Source: Selaginella moellendorffii
Lineage: Eukaryota; Plantae; Lycopodiophyta
Direction: 5' to 3'
Length of the DNA stretch: 64,000 nt
Assembly (NCBI RefSeq): GCF_000143415.4
Contig: NW_003314278.1
Span: 1,686,362-1,750,361, forward strand
The notes under the pieces are model-generated. The model saw nothing but the letters and a program-made list of their open reading frames with translations. It had not been told where the DNA came from and did no database searches. Position numbers and translations under genes: made by a program. Positions 23,022 to 38,500 of this stretch are shown here, one piece after another. Each line of letters starts with the position of its first letter. Position 1 is the stretch's first letter.

Positions 23022-26000
23022 ATGGAGCTCTCCGGCGCTCTGGTAAGATCTTCTCAGTTTGAGTGGTTTGTCACTGCTCGTTCCACCAGCTCGACTGTTC
23101 TTGAGGGCCTCTTGGCCAGCGGCATTTCTATATCTGACGAAATCTCTCCTCTTTGGCTTCACGATGGATGGTACGTCGTTAGTGTTCTTGGTTACATAGC
23201 ATTAAAGTTTTGGCTTGACCACCAGAAGTTTCGTCCCGAGATTTCCTCCTCCTCCAGATATGCTCCACGAATGCTGTCACCGAATCTACGCTCGACTGGA
23301 TCATGTTCTATCTCTTCAATCCCTGCTCGCAACGGGCGATCGTTTCCGTGATCCAGCTCCTCTTTCTAGCGGTGTTCGTGGTGCTTGCAATCATAAAGAC
23401 GGCCTCGCAGCTTAGAACATCACGACACTCCAGCTATGGGAAAGAGGCGACGACTACCAAGTCCACGAAGATGTTTCACGCAACTCTGGCTCTCGCATCT
23501 ATGGCGGGCATTCTCTACGCCGCCGTGGATGCTTGTCTGCTCTGGCTTAAACTGGCCCGCGAAGAAGCTTCGGTTGCTACAGTCGACATTATTTTTTCCA
23601 CCATACAGACTTTCAAGTGGCTCTGCTTTGTCGTCATCGTTGGACACGAGAAGAAATTTAATGTCCTTGTCCACCCTTGGACGATTCGATCCTGGTGGGT
23701 GATTGATTTTTTGTTGTCAGCCTTGCTTTTCTCTACTGCAGTGCAGAGAGTAGTACTAAGATTCGACGCCCACCTTGCTGGCAATGGCATCGTCTCGCTG
23801 GTTATGTTACCGGTTTCTATATTCTTCCTCATGGTGGCTATCCGAGGCTGGACAGGCATTGTCATTTGTTCTTCGAGCGTGGCCAAACCACTGCTGGAGG
23901 ACGGGCATTTGGAGAAGGTTGTGGACGATGGCATTGCTGAAGAGGTCCTTCCTACGACGGGGTACGCTACTGCCGGGGTCTTCAACAGGGCCGTGTGGAA
24001 GTGGTTGACACCGCTGCTAGACAAGGGATACAAGAGTCCGCTCCAACTCCATGATATTCCGCTGCTGGCACCCGACGACAGAGCTGAGAGTAACTATTCG
24101 CGTTTTAAGAGGGACTGGCCAGAGAACGACCCGGGCAGCCATCCTGTGAGATCGACGTTACTAAAATGCTTTGGCGGCATTCTCTTTCGCAACGGACTGC
24201 TGGCTTTGATCAGGCTTTGCGTCATGTACGCTGGTCCGATTCTCATTCAGAGGTTTGTCAGCTATACCGCCAATGCTTATCAAGGCCCGGCTTACGAAGG
24301 ATACCTTCTCGTCCTGGTTTTGCTGATCGCTAAAGTCATAGAGGTGTTCTCGTCTCATCAGTATAACTTCCAAAGTATGAAGCTGGGAATGATGGTTCGC
24401 TCGACGATTATCGCTGCTGTTTACCAGAAAGGCCTTCGTCTCTCGAGCTCGTCCAAGCAGGGTCATGGAGTTGGCCACATTGTGAATTACATGGTGGTGG
24501 ATGCTCAGCAGCTCTCGGATCTGATGTACCAGCTCCACAACCTCTGGGTTCTTCCGGCACAAGTTTGCATAGCTCTCGCCATCTTGTACGGAGTTATGGG
24601 ATTGCCTATGCTAGCCGGCTTTTTTGTCATGGCGATTATTATCGCCCTCAACTTTTACTACACAAAGAAGCAGCGAGAACACCAGACCAAACTCATGGCC
24701 ATGAGAGACGAACGGATGAAAGCTACGAGCGAGGTTCTCAACTTTATGAAGATCATCAAGTTCCAGGCGTGGGAGGATCACTTTCTAGGCCGAGTCGAGG
24801 GGTACAGGATGAGGGAGTACACATCTCTACGCAAGTTCCTAATTGTCCTTGCTCAGAATATAGCAGCCCTGTGGATGTGTTCTTCGCTGGTGGCGACGGT
24901 AACTTTTGCGGCTTGTGTGGCATTTAACGTCGAGCTAACTGCCGCCAAAGTTTTTACAGCCACCGCAACTTTTCGCATACTGCAAGAGCCTGTCCGAGCA
25001 TTTCCTCAGGCACTCATCTCCATCTCGCAATCGCTGGTGTCGCTAGAGCGGCTGGATAAGTACATGGTCAGTGATGAACTGGACACGAAAGCTGTGGAGA
25101 AGCTACCAGCGGATGCCGATGCTGCCGTCGATGTTGAGGACGGGACGTTTTCCTGGGAAGAGGATGAACCCACGCTGAAAGATATCAATGTCCACGTGAA
25201 GAAAGGCCAACTTGTAGCGATTGTTGGGACTGTGGGATCCGGAAAGTCATCGATGCTGACGGCTTTGCTTGGAGAAATGCGCAAGCTCTCGGGAAAGGTA
25301 GGACTTTCTGGTCTCAGAACATGATATGTCTAACGCTTTCTTAAATCTATCCAGGTAAGAATTTCCGGCAGCACGGCCTATGTTCCACAAACTGCCTGGA
25401 TACAAAACGCGACGATTGAAGACAACATTTTGTTCGGCTTGCCAATGGACAAGGCGAGATACGCTGCAGTAGTCCGTTCGTGTGCCTTAGAACAGGACTT
25501 CAAACTCATGGAGTTCGGGGACCAAACGGAAATTGGAGAGCGAGGTATCAATCTCAGCGGTGGGCAGAAGCAGCGCATTCAGCTGGCCAGAGCTGTGTAC
25601 CAAGACTCGGACATTTATTTGCTTGACGATGTCTTCAGTGCTGTGGACGCTCACACTGGCACGCACTTGTTTCAGGTGCAACTTCTAAACTTTCTGTTCA
25701 TATTATTGAGTCACATAGTCTTGTTTATTTCGTAGGAATGTATACTTGGATCTTTGCGAAAGAAGACGGTGTTGCTGGTTACGCATCAAGTTGAATTTTT
25801 GCATCACGCCGACTTGGTTCTGGTACGTTTTCTTCTTTTCTTTTACTATTTATTGTTCTTAACCACAACTTTTGTAGGTTCTGCGCGATGGCACGATTGT
25901 TCAATCTGGCAAGTACTCGGAACTCTTACAAAAAGGAACAGACTTGGAAGTTTTAGTAGCTGCTCATCACAGCGCAATGGAATCAATTAGCATGGACGAG

Positions 26001-28270
26001 CAAGATGGTATAACTGATCTCCCTCTCGAGGCTACTCAGGAACGAAAGCTGTCATTCAAACGAAGGCCTTCGATAACAGGGCCCCGTCAGCCGCAGAAAC
26101 TAAAAGGCTCAGCCAAGCTTATTGACGAGGAACAAAGAGAAGCCGGACGAGTCGGATGGAGGGTCTACTGGCTGTACTTCACCAAAGCATTCGGCTGGCC
26201 AACACTCCCCATTATTGTGTCGTGTCAAGGATTGTGGACAGTGGTGAGCATCGCAAGTGACTACTGGCTTGCGGCAGAAACGGCGAAGACGTCTTTCAGT
26301 GCGGCCGCATTTGTGAAAGTTTACTTGGTCCTCTGCGCGATATCCTGGGTTTTGGTGATAGGAAGAGTATCGTTTCAGACAGTGGCGGGATTGAAAGCAG
26401 CACAGATGTTCTACTTCGACATGTTGCGCAGCATTTTTCGAAGTCCAATGTCTTTCTTTGACACAACGCCGTCGGGAAGAATTTTGAGCAGAGTAAGCAC
26501 GATAAGTTTTTCGATTCTTTCCTTCGTTTTCTTGCTAATTTTGTTGTTTCTCGCTGTTGCAGTCGTCTACTGATCAGGCTCAGCTTGACGTGCTCGTGCC
26601 GTTTTTTGTATCAGGAACCATAGCGACTTTCTTGGGAACTCTTGGTTCTGTGATAGTGGCATGTCAAGTTACGTGGCCACTGATTTTTCTCATACTGCCT
26701 CTTGCTTGGGCTTTCCTCTTTTACCAGGTATGGTAGGATTTCTTCGTCTCTTGAATTGAAAAACCCGTCTTTGCAGAATTACTATATCACAACATCTAGA
26801 GAACTTACTCGTTTGGATTCTATCTCTAAAGCTCCAGTCATTTTCCACTTCTCCGAGACATTAGCAGGACTGCCAACTATCCGTGCGTTTAAGAAGCAAG
26901 AAAGCTTTATTGATGGGAATGTGGACAGGGTAAACACCAACATACGCATGGAGTTTCATAACATTGCCTCGAACGAGTGGCTTGGATTGAGGCTAGAGCT
27001 GCTCGGCACAATCGTTCTCTGTGCATCGGCTTTGTTGCTCGTGACTCTTCCAGCGAGTATTATCGCACCTGGTAATAAGCTTTGGATCAGTGTTACTCGT
27101 GTTTCATTTCCTTTCTGTTACAGAAAATGTTGGTCTCGCCCTATCGTATGGATTGGTGCTCAATTCGTCCTTGTTCTGGTCGGTGTGGATCGCATGCATG
27201 CTGGAGAACAAAATGGTTTCTGTAGAAAGAATCCGACAGTACACTACCATCGAAAGTGAGGCCCCGAGGATAAATGACGACTACAGGCCCCCTCTAATAT
27301 GGCCCAGCCAAGGAACTGTAGCTGTTCGAAACTTGCAAGTAAGCTCTCACAGAAGTTCTCTCGTGTATTATAACGCTGCATCGTTTTACCAGCTTCGGTA
27401 TCGGCCAAACACTCCTCTCGTCTTAAAAGGAGTAACCTTGACTATCCAAGGAGGAGACAAAGTTGGCGTTGTTGGTCGAACCGGGAGTGGAAAGTCGACG
27501 CTGATTCAAGCCTTCTTCAGGCTGGTAGAGCCGTGTGGGGGCGAAGTTCGAATTGACGGCATTGACATCACACAGCTCGGACTAGCTGACCTGAGGTCCC
27601 GGTTTGGAATCATACCCCAGGAGCCCATACTGTTCGAAGGCAGCATAAGAAGCAACGTAGATCCACTTGGCCAGTACTCGGACGATCGGATTTGGGAGGT
27701 ATACTAGCTTTCTCAAAAACTTGCGGACACGATAATTCTCTTCCACAGGTTCTAAGAAAGTGTCAGCTGGCGGATGCTGTTCAACAGAAAACCGGAGGGC
27801 TCGACTCATCTGGTATGGTTCCTAGATTTCTTGTTCTGTAGCTGAGATAGACTTTTGGTGGCAGTGGTGGATAATGGCGATAACTGGAGCGTTGGGCAGA
27901 AGCAGCTCTTCTGCTTGGGACGGGCATTGCTGAAAGACAGCCGGCTCTTGTTCCTGGACGAGGCAACTGCATCCGTGGACGCACAGACGGACGCGGTCAT
28001 CCAAAAGACGATCCGCGAGCAATTCGCGTCGTCGACAGTGGTGAGCGTGGCTCACAGGATCCCGTCTGTGATGGACAGTGACAAAGTTTTGGTGATGGGC
28101 GAAGGTAAATGAATTCATAATGTTGCTTGTGCTTTAACTCTTTATTTATTTTTTTCTCCTTTCTGCCAGGAGAGGTGAAAGAGTACGATCGGCCGTCAGT
28201 GCTGCTCGAACGACCAACGTCTTTGTTTGCAGCACTGGTCCGTGAGTACTCGGCACGCTCAGGTGTGTAG
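23022..28270 (+). CDS. ABC transporter C family (MRP4/MRP14-like)
   Basis: TMD0-TMD1-NBD1 ([28 protein letters not shown]) then TMD2-NBD2 ([27 protein letters not shown]); short GT-AG introns. Confidence 0.95.
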
Positions 28271-28622
28271 AAGATTAAAATTCTTTTTGGAAAAGAATTA
28301 AATGGTCTGGTAATCAACATTAAATTATACATGGTTAAAATATTCTTTCTGGTCATATTAATAGGGCTGGACAGAAACATATTCTAAGAACATTATAAGA
28401 ATAATTTAAATTTATTTATTTATCTTCATCATTATGATAAGACAAAATTTTAAATTATTCTTAAAATATTCTATAAATATTTTTCCTTAAAGAGTGCCGG
28501 AAACAAGGCAAAAAAGATAATTCCAACTTGCATTTTTGCATTCATCAGCCTCATGTTTTCAATTGGGTACCACAAGACTACCAAACAAGTTCTTGTGTAA
28601 TGATACCTCGTACTTTGGGAAT

Positions 28623-30266
28623 ATGCCAATGGCGGGAATGGCAGTTCAAAGTCTTAGGGCACCGTGACCGGGTCCACGTCACTCACGGCCAGATGAGAAT
28701 ATTCCCGGTACGTGTTCTCGGTCGACGGAATGTTCCTTGTAGATTCCGTGTGAGGAGCTCGGGAGAAGGCGCTCAAGCGAAGGTGCCGTCGTCCTGCTTT
28801 TGCGGTCATCATTCAGCTATGTTTCGGTTTGCTGCTGCGGGCCGCCATCTGACGAGCAGGTGATCTAGATATATTTTCGTTTTGGCCTCAAAGCAGGAGG
28901 CTTGGTGCCTCCTGGCGATGGATCACGACGTCGCACTTCAATGGTGCCTCAAATACCGCAGCTTTCGACCAAGGTTCCTCTTCTCTTCAAGAGTGCTTTC
29001 TATCTCTCACGGCACATTTCTCTCAATGCTGTTTTCCAGCTGCTCGGTGGGTGTGGAAGCGCACTCCCACCACTGCACTGCTTCTGAAGAAGCCTGGAGC
29101 CGAGCTTCTCGACAATGCCACAAAGGTAAGTCACCCTGCCAAGTCTTCTTTCCTACGCTCTCCCTACAGGTAGTCTCTCTTTTGAACAATGAAAAGGTGA
29201 GAGTCCTGGCTGAGCCTGATCTCCACGCACAACTGGAGAACGAATTAGGCAGCAAATTCGTCCAGGCCATTGGCGATGTCGGGTATATTGCTTGCTTTAC
29301 ATATAAGTTTCTTTAGAAAAGAGTTTTGTGTTGTTTTTTTTTTTTTTTTTTTGCTGGTTGATTTCTAGCCTTGAGGAAGTGTACATGCGTCCAGCCTCTT
29401 TCCAAAGTTCGTACCGCCAATTGCTTGCTTCGACCTCGGGTCTCTTAGTTTTATGACGTCCAGGCATCCAGTAAGTGGCTCTAGATTAGTTTCCGTGATT
29501 TAATCTTGACAATTGATGTTTGGTTGTAGTTTTGTCGCTACAGGGAGGAGCTCACGCAGCTCCTCCACAGGACAGTGCATGTAATCATGAAGATGCGGCT
29601 ACAGTGTGAAATCGTGCGTCAAAACCAGCAACACGAGCCCAATGAATACAATATCCGCGTCCACCATATTCTGAACGAACTTGTCATGGATAGAGGCTCC
29701 AGCCCCTTCATCTGCAAGATAGAGTGCTTCCAAGAGGGAAACCTCATCACAAAGGTAGTCCTCCTCTTTTTCTTTTCTTGTTTATAGTCACACTCTGGAA
29801 ATTACAGTTGCAGGGCGATGGGATAATCGTTGCAACACCCACCGGGAGCACTGGCTACTCAAGCGCCGCAGGCGGGCCTCTGGTCCACCCCAGCGTCCCT
29901 GGGATTGTGTTTACTCCTGTGTGTCCGCACTCATTGTCGTTTCGCCCTCTGGTGCTCCCGGACTCTACCACCTTGGAACTCAAGCTACCAGCTTTTCTAT
30001 TTTACTTTTTTTCTCTCTGTAAGCGTCCATGGTAGGTTCCCCGCGACGCCAGGGACGATGCATACGTCTCGTTTGATGGCAAGCACCGGCAAGAGGTTGC
30101 GCGAGGAGACAAGATTGTGGTCAAAGCCAGCCGCTACCCTGTGCCAATCGTCACCAAAACTGACGGAAGTGTGGAGTGGTTCAACAGCTTGAAGAGCTGC
30201 TTCCAATGGAGCGTCCGAAAGGAGCCTGCAGTCCAGGAGCAGAGGCCTCTTCCTGCAGCAGAGTGA
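28623..30266 (+). pseudogene. NAD kinase-like gene, probably defective
   Basis: [43 protein letters not shown] and SFDGK are present; GGDG motif not found; expected donor at 29985 is CT; start position uncertain. Confidence 0.7.
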
Positions 30267-30346
30267 ATGCTTTTCAAGTTTTTAAAAGTTTTCGAGTTTT
30301 CGAGTTTTCGTTTCGAATCCAAATCAAAAAATCAAGTCGTTTGACT

Positions 30347-32251
30347 TTACAGCGCTAACATCCCTGGCTGCCTGGGACAAAAGCTAGCAGTAAGGGGAGC
30401 ATGGTCTGAAAGTGAATAGCTCTCGGGCCAAGTCCCCTCCTCGACCTGTGGAGGATAAAATGATGCATGCTGCACTTGTAGATCCGCTCCCGCTAGGCTC
30501 TTCGTCTCATGCAGCCCCTGAAACAGCCTCGTTAACCAGCTCTTTTTCTCGTGGTTGAGCAGCCTCTCCTGCATATATTTATGTTTTCACGGCATTGTAA
30601 ACCATTGACTCCAGAGAAAGCATACTTGGAAATCTTTGTAGTCGATCACTCCGTTGGCGTCGAGGTCTGCAGCCACGATGAGCTCTTCGACCTCTTCTCT
30701 GGACAGGCCTTCCAGATCCTCCTCTGCTAGCTCGTCCTTGGATAGCTCGAGCTGTATGCCACCAGAAAATATGAACTCAGAAGAAGCACAAAAAGACTTA
30801 CTCGCTTGATTGCGGCATGGAAATCTTGGTCAGTGACATGCTCTTTGCCTTGCAGGAAGAAACCGAAGGCATCTCGCCCCTGTTTGCCATGCTCACGAAG
30901 AAGCGTCGACTGAAAAGGCGAAAACCGGTCCCAGGTCAGATAAAATAAACTGCCAAAGTATACAAAGCTAGCAGAAAAACTCAACTTAATGATGCCGAAC
31001 ACGGCTCTTTTCCAGCTCTCCCTCAGGGGGATCGGTTGTTGTCGGGTGGGATTCAGCAGCCATATGAAGTCAACTCCACATACGTTCCCATGGTGGTTTC
31101 GATGACTCACCCACTGAGACATTGATGAACAGTTGAAGCATGTAAACCTCTAGAGGCTCAGCCTTTACTTCTTACCCGATGTGCATCTGCATCGATGTCC
31201 CAGTATTCCCGTGCCATGTCGTAAGATGACACAAACCCTTGAGAGCGCAAGAATCTGTAGACCTGGCCTCGCTTGCTTCCGTTCCAGTCACTGAGAGACA
31301 GGCAGGCAGAAAAAAGCAGAAGAAACAAAAACGTTGTTCGTGTACATTATGAGAGCTACCGAAACCCGAACATCGTACCCGCAGAGCAGAACCGGTGCAT
31401 GCGACAGGCTGCGCTCGTCCTTAAAATGTTCCACGAATTTGAGAATTTTATACGCCTGCAAGCAAAGCACAATGCATGGCACAAGTGATCACAATCCCTC
31501 CCCAAGCGCATACCTGTCGCAGCCGCAGGAGGCTGTAGTTGGAAGCATGAGGGAAGATAAGATGGGTGTTGACCAGAACAACTTGTTGCTGTTCCCGAGG
31601 GCCGATCTTGTCGTTGGATTTCAGGTGTAGGACTTGAGCGACGCGGTCACCGCAGTCGTGGAAATGTAGCTCTCGACAGTCGAGCACCCGGAGTGCATCC
31701 TTCTTCACCGCAGTGAGGAGCCCTGAGAATTGATACATCGGGTGATCAGAGAGGGGAGGTAACTTGAAGAGAGACTCACCGTCACCCCGGTCGTTGGTTC
31801 TCGCCAGCTTATACCTCTTGTAACCAGCATCACCCAGACGACGATCGTACAGCTGCACAAGCTCATCGTTGGCAAGCCAAAACTCCTGCGGGGTGCCCGT
31901 GCATATCAGCTACTATGGCATGGACAAACTTGCACACAATACCTGCAAACATACGACTGACGAGTTCTTCTGCAGCAGCAGGTCCAGAATTTTTTGGTTC
32001 CTGCTCAGCCAAAGATCACGGGATCCACTTTCACGGCTTTCCTGCAAACACCAATGGGGGTGGATTATAGCCGGATGTCAAAGTTTCGCATATATCAAAC
32101 AAACCTCATCATGGCCCAGGCGCCTGTAAATTGGAGCATGAATGTTGAAAGTGGTACACGAGAGCACTGCATTGGCGGTGGCGGCGGTCTGGAGACGGGA
32201 GCGGTATGCACGCGATACCTGAGACACAGCACGCCGCAGGAGCTGCGTCAT
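30347..32251 (-). CDS. Calcium-binding endonuclease/exonuclease/phosphatase family protein (At1g02270-like)
   Basis: SCTTFNIHAPIYRR; VVCLQEFW; LARTNDRGDGLLTAV; VNTHLIFPH; WVSHRNHHGNVCGVDFIWL; EF-hand DLDANGVIDY; YSLSDHAPLT. Confidence 0.9.
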
Positions 32252-32339
32252 GGGAAAACCCTTAAGTTTAGGGTATAATATAGCGTCCTTTTCGGTTTCT
32301 TTTTTCTTTTTTCCGAGCTGGGCGTTCCAAGCATTGGTT

Positions 32340-32830
32340 TCCGCCACCATGCTTGCCGTGGAAGTCATCCATTTCTAGAGGAACAGGAGGTATGCTATTA
32401 CATGTACGGCTTTCTTGTTGAGCTTACCGAGTTCCACCCCAATGGCCTTGTGCTGGAGAACCTTGAGCCGAGGAGTGAAACCACCCTCACTCGTTAGCCC
32501 TCGCTAGGAACCCTCCAAGAACTTGCTTTGGAGAGATCTGGCCTCATCACCCATGGGACTGGCTGCGAACTTGACTCTGCCCAGAGCTATTTGCTCCATT
32601 CGACTTCCTACCTTTCCCATACTTTCGATCACGTTTCCAAACGAGACATACATTACAGATGCCGGGTCTTGCTCGTCCAGCCACTGGAGGCAACGCTGCT
32701 CTTCGTCTCCTGTCTTTCTCTTGCCATGGGAGCTTGTGATCAACTGCATGCCAAAGAGCAAGGAGATCTCGTCAATGACTTTTGCCTCGAGCAAGTAAAT
32801 GATGTTTATACCGCCTCCTTGTTCTGTGAC
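32340..32830 (-). pseudogene. UDP-glycosyltransferase fragment
   Basis: [19 protein letters not shown] and a frameshifted PSPG remnant (FTPRLKVLQHKAIG). Confidence 0.65.
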
Positions 32831-32924
32831 GTGGTACGAGCTCTTGACATGAGTCAGTCAATGTCTTGGGTGAGCAATGCTTTGTGGACCGGAACATTAA
32901 CATGTGGTGCCAAGCGCAATGGGC

Positions 32925-33594
<670 letters not shown>

Positions 33595-35209
33595 GGTTAA
33601 GGTTTTTGACCTAATTAAATATATATATATTCTTATATTCATTTTCATATTCCATGCACTCACATTGGTGAGGGGTATATTTGATTATTTGTATGGAGTG
33701 TTGGATTTATATTTTTGGTTTAAATTTAGCTTTTGCATTGTTTAGATCTTTATTTTTTCTTATAGCTTTTTAAATTTTTTTTTTACTTTTTTGTTTTGTT
33801 TTTCATTCATCTTCATGATAGAAAAATAACCTCCTTCTCTTTTGACTATAGAGTGGTAATTAGTGCATTTACTTGATGCTATGTGGCTGCAATTGAATAA
33901 TTAAACTAAATTGATAGTAACATTCACAATGCATAATATAACTCCTCTTGCTTTTGTTATCAATCCCTATGTTTGATTGGAGCTTTTCTATAAAAATCTT
34001 AGGGATGATATATGCCATTAGTTCAATCATTTCACAATGATTACCATTTATCATTTTCGGGATGATACCCAGCATTTATGGCACTTAATTAGTCATACTG
34101 TTTGATGGGCAAATATATGATTTTGAGGTTATTTATTGCCAGAGGAGTTATATATTTAATGTTGACACCCTTTCTCAAGCTCCTTTTTTATTGGCTTTCT
34201 TCTCTTGTTTTTGGCGAGCCTTTCATTTTAGCATCTATAGATTTTTTATTAAATTTTTTGTACTAACAATGGTTGTTATACTTGATATTTAATATCCACA
34301 AGATATAAACCAAGATTTACCTTTTTTCAAAAGAGGTTTGCTATTTTAGGGTTAGTGGTGATTAAACCTAAACCTTAAAATTTGTCAAAAAATACTAATT
34401 TTTTACTATTTAAGCATTTATATTTTCAATATCGCTTTAAGAACGACCTTCTTTATTTTGTGGGGATTAACCCTAATAATCATTTATGGTTAATGGTGCC
34501 TTTAATCTTTATTCCACACTTTCTTCATACTTACTATGACTCTCCTATTCTAAATAGGCACATAAGACATTGTTGTGTTACTAAGAAGCTATGCAAGTGT
34601 TTCTATTAGCCGAAGATATGATATAATATTATCTAGTATATGGGTAATACTTCCCCTCGTGCTATAGAAGGACGGTTAGAGTCAATTGAATTTTTTTATC
34701 CATTTAAGTTGATGGTATTTGATATAATGAGGCTTTTCCATAGTTGACTATTAGCAATGAGTATATCATTATCACATTCAACTATTTGACTTGCTAGGTG
34801 GAAGTCAATGCTCTTGCTAGTGTGTCTATGATTGTTATTAAATACATCCTCCTCAATCAGGTAATATTCCAACATTCTTCTCTAAAGTGGATTCTCCATT
34901 CAAATACCTTAAACCTCATATTATCCCTTCTTTTTTAAAAGATGCAAAGTAATCACAGTTCTTTGGTTGATTAGCTGGGATTTGAAGAAACATTAAAAGG
35001 AGGCATTGATGGATTTGTAGGTAGTGTTAGTCAATAGAATAAAATAATGTATAGCTATAATACTATATATTAATATTAGATATTTGCATAATGGGATTTT
35101 GTTAACTATTAAATTGGTTTCAATTTGGATCACTTACTCTTGTATATAAGCTAGGGTTTTTGAGCTAATTGAAGATGTACATTTTTATATTTCATTTCAA
35201 TATTCCACA

Positions 35210-35215
<6 letters not shown>
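33595..35215 (+). mobile_element. Internally deleted, degenerate copy of the short-LTR gypsy family
   Basis: LTR end CATGCACTCACA (33664) plus PBS TTGGTGAGGGG; integrase remnant YYDSPIL (~34530); 3' LTR ~35048-35215 matches the reverse complement of 13017-13190. Confidence 0.6.
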
Positions 35216-35535
<320 letters not shown>

Positions 35536-38500
35536 ACACTTCATTCTCTTGATAATAAAGTCCTTACAAAGTAATGCTTTTTAGCACTATGCTTTATTTC
35601 GTTAAAGTGGGACTTATTCAGTGAAGTGGGACATTAATTAGCATGTGTCCACATGCCATTTCCTAGTACTTAATTAATATTTATTAATATTTCTATCAGT
35701 TTTTTAATTTATTTTTTTATATTTCACAATATTATAACACAAAATCATATGAAAAGTTTTTAATTTATAAATTATAAAGTTAAAACTTCAATTTTTTATT
35801 GTTGTTATAAAAATGGCATGTGGCCACTGTAGCGCACGTGGTTTTGACCCTTTATCCTATGGTGATTTACCATAGGATAACACCACGAAGCGGAACCTAA
35901 ACCCTCTTTGTGCCACGTGACAGATGCCACATGTCACATGCCACGTGTCCATGCCACGTGTCCACAGGAACCCGAGGTTCAGGGCCTTGGGCCACTGAAC
36001 GAAGGAACGGTGCCAAACTCCCAAGCGTGACGCCAAGGAGTGATGGAACCGGACCACGGAGCAACTCCCGAGCATATAGCCCAAGGAGCGAAGGGACAGG
36101 GGCCCGGAGCGACTTGGAACAGTCCTAGAGCAATCAGCATCCCAATGCCAGGACCAGCACGCAAAACGGAGCCAAACGGAGTCTGACGCTATTTCGGCAT
36201 ACCGGTGGCCTAACGTGAGAGTATGGGTACTCCACCAGCTAGCATGGAATGGAACTTGGGCTTAGACCCAAGCCGGACGCAGAACAAGGACAGGCACGCA
36301 AGCGGGAGCTAGACTATGCCTCAGGTTGGTCGGCCATGCCCGACCTACCCACTATCCCTACTATACATTTGGAACCCCCCACAGCCCCCCCCCCTTGAGG
36401 AACACATGCTTTGGGCTTTCACCCCAAGCCTCCCTTAGTATCAGGAGTTAGTCTCTGGGACAAGCTCGAAACTTACTAAATATGGAATGTCCCTAGATTG
36501 CGAATTTGGACATGGGACGAACACCATTGTGTTCAGGACGATCTCTACATTCCGTAGATATGCCAAATGAGCAAATCTGGACACTTTCCATAAATAGCAT
36601 TTGGGACCAAAATGAGACTAACACAAAGGGCATGATAGCGAGGGTGTTTGGCAGACACGGTAAGCTATCATCTAGCGATGTTGAGGGACCAATCTCAATA
36701 TCGCGGGGGTTCTTGATACTAGCAAGTGCAAGCCAATGACTCAAGTTTCTCAAACCAGGCCGAGTATGCTCAGCAAGAAACACATAGGGTTCCTACCTTA
36801 TGTTTATCCAATTTAAGTGCATGGTCATTGACCAGTTTCTCAACTAGCTCAAGTGGGAACTGATAACGGGTCCAGCAATACCGACCTCCTGCCATCGTGG
36901 CAGTAAGGTAAGAGTGTCTGTAAGGACTGGCCGACAGGTAACTTTCGATACCTGAAGTCACATTCGCGACACTCTCCCCCCCTTGGGAAGATCGACGTCC
37001 TCGTCGATGCATACTCGAGTCTAGAATACCGCCAAGGAAACAACTCCAGAAAAAGTTCACGGTACTCACACTATGTGAGAAATGCACCGACTTAAATGAG
37101 TTAGGGGTAACCTCTTTGTCTAACGCGGATGCGCTACCAGCTCAGACACCTTCCGGCCGTCGCCGACAAGGAAATGACCAATGGAGTCAGCCACCCCTGC
37201 TGCTCTGGGAGTCACCCAGCTTACAAAAGTGTGATATGCCCTGCCCGCAGGAACATAGAGAGAGAAGCCAGAGGCCCCGACCCTCCTAAGCAAAGAAACC
37301 AAACCCGTCGGTAAGGTTTAGATAGACTACTGTCAACAGGCAGTTTAGAGTTGTTTACACGGTCACGCCCTTTCACGGAACAAGGAACATCGACAGAGAG
37401 GCGGGTTATATGACCAGTCGACAGTAGCTACCCCATGACTAGAGATTTCACCATGCACACGAAGTGCCGAAGCCAGTCTGCCTATACTGGCCCAAACTCA
37501 AAGATCAATAGATAGACAATATCAAAGTCAGAGACAATGATATCTGAGAAACTTAATTACTAGTGATTATAGCTTAGAGTAGAACACAAAAGTATTCTAA
37601 GCAAGTTATCATCTGATAAACTAGTATTAGAGTACAGGAACCACCAAGATCATCATAATTGGTAAACACAAGATTCATCATCCAGCAAAATTCAATAGCT
37701 AGTATATCATCAAGGAAACTCAATGATGAAACTTAACTATCGAAGATAGTAGACAGTAAGCCAACAACTTACTAGAGAGAACTCAAAGAACACAAAGTAT
37801 CATTGACTAACAAGCACAATGCTCGCGAATGTATCACCCAAAGGAAATAACATCCAAATCTATCAAAACTAACTCGAGCAACAATCAACAGAAGAAAATG
37901 AATGTGGTAAGACCAACAAACACTCATTCCTGCCAACTATCACAAAAGCCAATCTGAATAGATCCCAGCCAACAATACCAAGGAACTTAAGTTGCCTAAG
38001 CAAGTGTCAGCAACATCCTACTGACGTCTCAAACCCAAGAGACCAATCTAGAGCAAACCACAAAGAACATGTGGTATTGCGAAAAGCCAAAAGCCATCAA
38101 AGAGAACAACCAACTATCATGAAAGATCGTCAATCATCCCATCAATAAAGAGATGCATAATCGTCATTGAAGAAAGAATCCACCATCCTGAAGAATGGCA
38201 AATCATTCTAGATCAACGATAAGCAAGAAAAACCTTCGACAAGGATAATCAACTTTCCTAGATGATAGTTAATCATCACCAATGATTGCTAGATGCAAAA
38301 GCCAACTTCAACATCGAAGCTAATGAGCCAAAATGCCTTCCCCAACAACTTCTAACAAATGGAACAATGAGCATAAAACTCAAAGAACCAAAGTTCGAAG
38401 AAGCCTATAGCTAAGTCTTGCTTTAATAATGATCACGAGTCTCGCATGAACTAACGTCAATGCTAAAGAGAAATCATGGTATAACCCACGACATCCGCTT

